Shown: positions 59,456 through 64,000 of the stretch, piece after piece | Numbering within the stretch: the first letter of the stretch is position 1 | How the letters are laid out: each line of letters starts with the position of its first letter | Source: Candidatus Tayloriibacteriota bacterium | GTDB lineage: Bacteria > Patescibacteriota > Minisyncoccia > Phycocordibacterales > PALSA-1337 | Assembly (NCBI GenBank): GCA_016215455.1 | Contig: JACRJP010000004.1 | Location: 21,132 to 85,131, forward strand | Length of the DNA: 64,000 nt | Direction of reading: 5' to 3' | The notes under the pieces: model-generated | Database searches by the model: none | Seen by the model: the letters and a program-made list of their open reading frames with translations, nothing else | What the model was told of the DNA's origin: nothing | Position numbers and translations under genes: made by a program

Positions 59456-59800
59456 CTACCCTCCGACCAGACCCCGACATCCCTTGGCGGGTCGAAAACC
59501 GGCTGTAATAGCTTCTTTTTCGCTCAAAAATATCCTTCTATTACTTCGTTGTATACGAAAAGCATTGCCGCACCACGGAAGATAGTAGGTTGTACCCTTC
59601 TTTGAGGCTACATACCCTCCAGCAAGTAGATTCTCTTCCCTGTTGGACCATTCCGTGAGGAATATGGGTGGTTTCTGGCTCAATATATGAACAACATACC
59701 CCACCAAGATCCCTGCACTACAGATCAAGAGACCAGAAACTATAGTAAGTATCCGAATACTCTTTCCCCAACCCCGTAGTCGACCTATCCATATGTGCAT
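59456..59800 (-). CDS. Membrane-anchored protein with an Ada-like metal-binding domain.
   Basis: One TM, then YYLPWCGNAFRIQRSNRRIFLSEKEAITAGFRPAKGC, which matches the Ada_Zn_binding pattern C...F.S..EA...GFRPCK.C. Confidence 0.55.
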   Translation of the reverse strand: MHIWIGRLRGWGKSIRILTIVSGLLICSAGILVGYVVHILSQKPPIFLTEWSNREENLLAGGYVASKKGTTYYLPWCGNAFRIQRSNRRIFLSEKEAITAGFRPAKGCRGLVGG

Positions 59801-59936
59801 GGCAATAAGTATCCAATTTTGACCATGAAATCCCTATAAACAAAGAATAAACTACAAATAAAGGCTTTATCGGCCAAAAGGGTTGATTTTTTATCGCACG
59901 TACGGTATAGTGGTAGGACCAAATTTATAGACGACT

Positions 59937-60209
59937 ATGGCAACCAAAAAATCCGCAGGTGTATCAAAAAACGGTAGAGATTCAGGTCCTAAATACCTGG
60001 GTGTGAAGATCAATGCTGGTCAGACAGCTCGCATTGGGGAAATCATTCTTCGACAGCGTGGAACTCAAGTTATGCCAGGTAAGAATGTTGGCATCGGACG
60101 AGATCATACTCTTTTCGCTCTCAAAGAAGGTAAGGTAGAGTTTGGAACAAAGCGAAAGACAAACTTCGACAACACAATGACACGAAAGAACATTGTGCAC
60201 GTGATGTAA
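59937..60209 (+). CDS. rpmA: 50S ribosomal protein L27.
   Basis: [17 protein letters not shown]...[21 protein letters not shown]. Confidence 0.95.
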   Translation: MATKKSAGVSKNGRDSGPKYLGVKINAGQTARIGEIILRQRGTQVMPGKNVGIGRDHTLFALKEGKVEFGTKRKTNFDNTMTRKNIVHVM

Positions 60210-60230
60210 GGAGACAAACTCATCAACAAC

Positions 60231-60256
60231 AAAAAAGACCCTCGAGGGTCTTTTTT
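60231..60256 (+). terminator. Intrinsic terminator after rpmA.
   Basis: AAAAAAGACCCTCGAGGGTCTTTTTT. Confidence 0.8.
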
Positions 60257-60339
60257 GTTGTGCACAGAAATTGACAGAATCAAGATATATGGTAATTTTT
60301 GGAAAGAACACTACTCTTTTCCAACCACTAGGTTAGATC

Positions 60340-60948
60340 ATGCACTACATCCTACGACCAAAGAAAAGTCCTTCTGATGGTCTTTTTCTTTCTAGCATTC
60401 CACCCCTGTTCTTTGCCGGACCTGTGAGGGGTGGTGATGACTGGCAAAGCATTGCTTTCTCGAGACTCAGACATCTGCTGCCAAGTTTCTGCGCTGTGAT
60501 TCCAATTCCTGATGACGCGGAACGTCTTGGGATGTTATCCTATGGCAAAAACCATCTTCTCGCACGACATTTCATCGGTTTAGACCACGGTGATTTTGAT
60601 CGCCAACTCAATTGGGAGCGGCACTTCATGCGCTACGCCGCTTTGCATGGATGTCTCATCTTTTGGCTTCCTGCCGAGAGCACGACCAATCCTCGTCCTG
60701 AAGGATACTTTGGTCGAGACACCATGGGTGAGCTCGGCGAATGGCGAGGGCGTCTGTTTGAAAATTCTCAACGACGAGCAAACGTTATGCGCGGCTATCG
60801 TGTAGTCATTGGTGGTGAACCCGGATTTCCTGGATTCGATACCATTGAACGGAATTTCAAACTCGCCCTCGGTAACCAATTCCCCATCTACCCAACACTC
60901 GACGAAACACTCGAGGCTGCGGTAGCCTTACTACAGGGTGGTAAATAA
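60340..60948 (+). CDS. Hypothetical protein in a GC-rich segment of about 55% GC. It may have a nucleoside 2-deoxyribosyltransferase-like or SLOG-like fold.
   Basis: LFFAGPVRGGDDWQ...YRVVIGGEPGFPG. The fold guess is weak. Confidence 0.5.
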   Translation: MHYILRPKKSPSDGLFLSSIPPLFFAGPVRGGDDWQSIAFSRLRHLLPSFCAVIPIPDDAERLGMLSYGKNHLLARHFIGLDHGDFDRQLNWERHFMRYAALHGCLIFWLPAESTTNPRPEGYFGRDTMGELGEWRGRLFENSQRRANVMRGYRVVIGGEPGFPGFDTIERNFKLALGNQFPIYPTLDETLEAAVALLQGGK

Positions 60949-61000
60949 ACAAAATCCTGCACGAAGCAGGACTATGTTTAATTTTTATTATTTTTTTAAC

Positions 61001-61444
61001 TTAAGCTGCCTTCACAACGAGGGTAAACTTTGCACTCTTCTGTCCAACTTTTACGGTAACCTGATGTTCCCCCACTTCCTTGATTGGCTTCTCAAGCGCA
61101 AGATGTTCTGGAGCAATTGTTACACGTGCTTGCTGAGCAAGTGCGGGGATAATTTCAGCAGCATGAAGCCCAGCAAAAAGATGTCCCTTATCATTCGCTT
61201 TACCTGTAAGCGTAATACTTACACTACTGAGTTGATTGAGATTCTGTGTAAGGAGTTCATCCTGAACCTTTCTCTCCCCTTCTTCACGAGATCGTTCTAG
61301 ACCTATACGCTTTTCTGCATCAGGTGTTGCGATAACTGCGTGTTTATTAGGTATAAGAAAGTTGAGAGCATAGCCGTCTGAAACATTCTTTGTCTCATAC
61401 TTTCGACCTATTTTGGGCACATCCTTAAGAAAAATGACTTTCAT
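61001..61444 (-). CDS. rplI: 50S ribosomal protein L9.
   Basis: [32 protein letters not shown]. Confidence 0.93.
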   Translation of the reverse strand: MKVIFLKDVPKIGRKYETKNVSDGYALNFLIPNKHAVIATPDAEKRIGLERSREEGERKVQDELLTQNLNQLSSVSITLTGKANDKGHLFAGLHAAEIIPALAQQARVTIAPEHLALEKPIKEVGEHQVTVKVGQKSAKFTLVVKAA

Positions 61445-61479
61445 ACTGTAATACTTATTGATTGATTAATATCTGCATC

Positions 61480-62754
61480 TTACGGCAAAGCACGTAATAT
61501 CTCAACTGCCTTATCAAACTGTGGATCTTTCTTTGCATCAAGATCTTTTTGAGTAATTTCTACCTTAACATCAGGATTCAAACCGTCATGTGAGAGGTTG
61601 TGACCATCTGGGGTAAGCCATCGAGCAACAGTAACCTTAAGAGATGTATCTGAGGTAAGTTTAATTAATTCTTGAACAGAACCCTTACCGAATGTTTTTG
61701 TTCCAACAAGCTGTGCAATACCGTGTTCACGAAGTGCTCCAGCAAGAATCTCTGATGCCGAAGCTGAACCACCGTTGACGAGGATAATCATCTTGAAACG
61801 ATCATGATTAAAGATGTCATACCCCTTACTTCGAAACACGATAGGACTTTGTTTTGCACCAAAATCTTCAGTTACAATTATCTTTCCAACCGGAAGGAAC
61901 CAACTTGCAATATCCTGAGCTGCTTCAAGATATCCACCGGGGTTACCTCGAAGATCAAGAATCATCTTATGAGAACCTGACGCAATAAAGTCACGGAGAG
62001 CTCCTCTAAAGAGATTTGGAGATTTTTCAGTAAAGCTGAAGAGTTTGATAACAAATATTCCATCTTTTCGAAGTCCTACAGTACTACTTGCTGTTCCATC
62101 AGAAGAATCTCCACTACCTGATTTTAATTGTGTCTCAACTGTTGGGACATCAATCACGTCACGAGTAATTTCTTTATCAACAACACCCGCAGTCCCTTCA
62201 CGAGCAAAAGAGATCTTTACCTTTGTTCCCTTCTTTCCTCGTATGAGTTTTACTGCTCGATCAACTCCAAGATCATTCGTTGTTTGACCATCAATACTCA
62301 AAATCTTATCACCACTTCGTACCCCTGCACGCTCAGCTGGACTTCCTTTAATTGGAGATACAACTGTAAGGATGTTATCTTTGATACCAATCTCCATACC
62401 TACCCCTTCAAAATTTCCGGCAATATCTCCTTCAAAAAGTTTTGATTCCTCAGGTGGGAAAAAGACCGTATACGGATCACCATTTGATGCAGCTAGTCCT
62501 TTGATTGCTCCCCAAACTTTCGTTTGTGCATCAGTTGATGTACCAACAAATTTATCATCAAGAATTTTCCATGCTTTCCAAAAAGGAGCAAATTGTGCTT
62601 CCGTCAGAGTATTCAAACCAGAAATTGCTGGTAGATTAGAGGATTTTGATGAGGCAGATTGATTTCCCACATAGGTACCAATACCAAAACTCATCAGCAA
62701 CAAAGCAGCTACAACAATTACTTTGGCGGTTATTTTTTCATGGGATGTATTCAT
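61480..62754 (-). CDS. Carboxyl-terminal processing peptidase (S41 family).
   Basis: A PDZ domain, ILDLRGNPGGYLEAA, and the Ser/Lys dyad context. I chose the start at MNTSHEK. The track ORF extends to 62793. Confidence 0.88.
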   Translation of the reverse strand: MNTSHEKITAKVIVVAALLLMSFGIGTYVGNQSASSKSSNLPAISGLNTLTEAQFAPFWKAWKILDDKFVGTSTDAQTKVWGAIKGLAASNGDPYTVFFPPEESKLFEGDIAGNFEGVGMEIGIKDNILTVVSPIKGSPAERAGVRSGDKILSIDGQTTNDLGVDRAVKLIRGKKGTKVKISFAREGTAGVVDKEITRDVIDVPTVETQLKSGSGDSSDGTASSTVGLRKDGIFVIKLFSFTEKSPNLFRGALRDFIASGSHKMILDLRGNPGGYLEAAQDIASWFLPVGKIIVTEDFGAKQSPIVFRSKGYDIFNHDRFKMIILVNGGSASASEILAGALREHGIAQLVGTKTFGKGSVQELIKLTSDTSLKVTVARWLTPDGHNLSHDGLNPDVKVEITQKDLDAKKDPQFDKAVEILRALP

Positions 62755-62829
62755 AGGTCGCTCTATTATGTCAAAAACCGTGCAATCGCACAAATAAATA
62801 TGTATAATAACAGCACATAATTACGTCAT

Positions 62830-63750
62830 ATGCTACATACCTATACATATAAGAGACTTACGTGGATTGATCTTGAGGCACCAACAACCGATGAGGTGGC
62901 TAAAGTAATGAATGACTACCGTCTTCACCCTCTTGTAGCAGAAGAACTCGTCAACCCAACACTGAAGCCTAAAGTAGATTTCTATAAGGACTATATATAT
63001 GTGGTGCTTCGTTTTCCTTTCAGAAAGCGTAATCTCCATAGTTATGTTGCTGTGGATAAAGAAGTCGACTTTGTTATTTCAAAAGATTTCATTATCACCA
63101 CTCATTACGACACTGTCGAACCTCTTCATAATTTCTCAAAGATGTTTGAGGTGAATTCTATAGTTGATAAAGGAGGTATGGGTGAACATGCAGGCTATGT
63201 ATTCTACTATATGCTCAAACACATTTATAAGAATATGTTGAGTGAACTCGATAGTATCAAAACAGCTCTCGGTGACGCTGAAGAACTTGTATTCACTGGT
63301 CGTGAAAAAGAAATGGTACGAACTATCTCAGAACTATCACGCGAGCTCATCAACTTCCGACAATCAGCTCGAGCTCATAAGGATGTTCTTGAGAGTTTTG
63401 CTATAGCAAGTAAAGAACTCTTCGGTGAAAACTTTAGTTACTATGTGAGTGACTTACAATCAGAATACATGAAGACCTACGAAGTTATTAATAATTCACG
63501 AGAATTAGTGAATGATCTTCGAGAAACGAATGACTCACTTCTTTCTACAAAACAAAATGAGACCATGAAGACACTTACCATCATGGCATTCATTACCTTC
63601 CCCCTCTCTCTCATCACTGATATTTTCTCAATCCCCACAGAACATACACCAATTATCGGATACCTCTTCGACTTTGAGATTATTCTCGGTATTATGGTTC
63701 TGTTTACGATAGGTATGTTCTTCTTCTTTAAATACAAGAAGTGGCTCTAA
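62830..63750 (+). CDS. corA: CorA-family divalent cation transporter. It is divergent and I see no canonical GMN motif.
   Basis: A cytoplasmic N-terminal domain and two C-terminal TM helices with a KK-rich tail. Confidence 0.65.
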   Translation: MLHTYTYKRLTWIDLEAPTTDEVAKVMNDYRLHPLVAEELVNPTLKPKVDFYKDYIYVVLRFPFRKRNLHSYVAVDKEVDFVISKDFIITTHYDTVEPLHNFSKMFEVNSIVDKGGMGEHAGYVFYYMLKHIYKNMLSELDSIKTALGDAEELVFTGREKEMVRTISELSRELINFRQSARAHKDVLESFAIASKELFGENFSYYVSDLQSEYMKTYEVINNSRELVNDLRETNDSLLSTKQNETMKTLTIMAFITFPLSLITDIFSIPTEHTPIIGYLFDFEIILGIMVLFTIGMFFFFKYKKWL

Positions 63751-63760
63751 TATAGTTCGT

Positions 63761-64000
63761 ATGAAGATACATAACACACTGACAGGCAAACTCGAAGAAT
63801 TTATTCCCCTCACCAAGAATCATGTTGGTATGTATCACTGTGGTCCGACAGTATACGACACAGCCCATATTGGTAACTTCCGTACATTCATAATGAACGA
63901 TATTGTACGTCGTGTTTTTGAATACAATAACTACCATGTCATGCAAGTGATGAATGTCACTGACATTGATGATAAGACAATTCGACGAAGTCGTGATGAA
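63761..64000 (+). CDS. cysS: Cysteine--tRNA ligase, N-terminal part only. It is cut off at the 3' end by the window edge.
   Basis: [20 protein letters not shown] is the HIGH-type motif. Confidence 0.85.
   Translation, partial: MKIHNTLTGKLEEFIPLTKNHVGMYHCGPTVYDTAHIGNFRTFIMNDIVRRVFEYNNYHVMQVMNVTDIDDKTIRRSRDE

Noticed and set aside
1-64000. CRISPR arrays, rRNA genes, integrase or transposase genes.
   Set aside because: I saw no regularly spaced direct repeats, no rRNA-like conserved blocks and no recombinase motifs. The tRNA-Cys repeat is the only mobile-element footprint.

Overview
This is a 64 kb, gene-dense window of low GC (about 40%) that uses the standard genetic code. Genes are tightly packed and several housekeeping proteins are shortened versions of their usual forms: UvrC lacks its HhH tail, AlaRS lacks its C-Ala domain, and DnaJ lacks its zinc finger. 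This is consistent with a small-genome bacterium such as Patescibacteria (CPR), but that placement is an inference. The core content is housekeeping, and most of it is supported directly by conserved catalytic motifs in the translations.

DNA repair and replication: UvrA and UvrC.
Translation: LeuRS, AlaRS, TrpRS, the start of CysRS, MnmA, YchF, IF-1, and ribosomal proteins L36, S13, S11, S4, L17, L13, S9, L27, L9.
Transcription: RpoA.
Cell wall and division: Ddl, MltG, FtsW, MurG, a PBP5-like D,D-carboxypeptidase, an M23 peptidase, and an S41 Ctp protease.
Chaperones: GrpE, DnaK, DnaJ.
Chromosome segregation: ScpA, ScpB.
Metabolism: glucose-6-phosphate dehydrogenase.
Transport: two ABC transporters and CorA.
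RNA: one tRNA-Cys.

The points I would look at first are these:
- LeuRS is about 1167 aa. It carries two large in-frame insertions. One has a canonical Nudix box. The other has HAD-hydrolase motifs.
- The tRNA-Cys is followed about 690 bp downstream by a degenerate direct repeat of its own 3' half. Together they bracket a single orphan gene, like an att-flanked mini-insert.
- The run UDG family 4, ATP-cone plus Mrr-like endonuclease, Cas4-like PD-(D/E)xK nuclease, M3 peptidase is tightly co-oriented.
- A PBP5-type D,D-carboxypeptidase is fused to a six-blade Kelch propeller and sits in the FtsW/MurG neighbourhood.
- At the window start, a FIST-domain protein, a sensor-less histidine kinase, and a tandem-REC response regulator form one module.
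- Several short segments are clearly GC-rich (roughly 50 to 60% by eye). Each carries one or more orphan genes. The clearest is 16844-17653, which sits behind a perfect-consensus sigma70 promoter and a structured leader.
- There are two repeated palindromic DNA motifs.

I found no CRISPR array, no rRNA, no integrase or transposase, and no CIRCE element.
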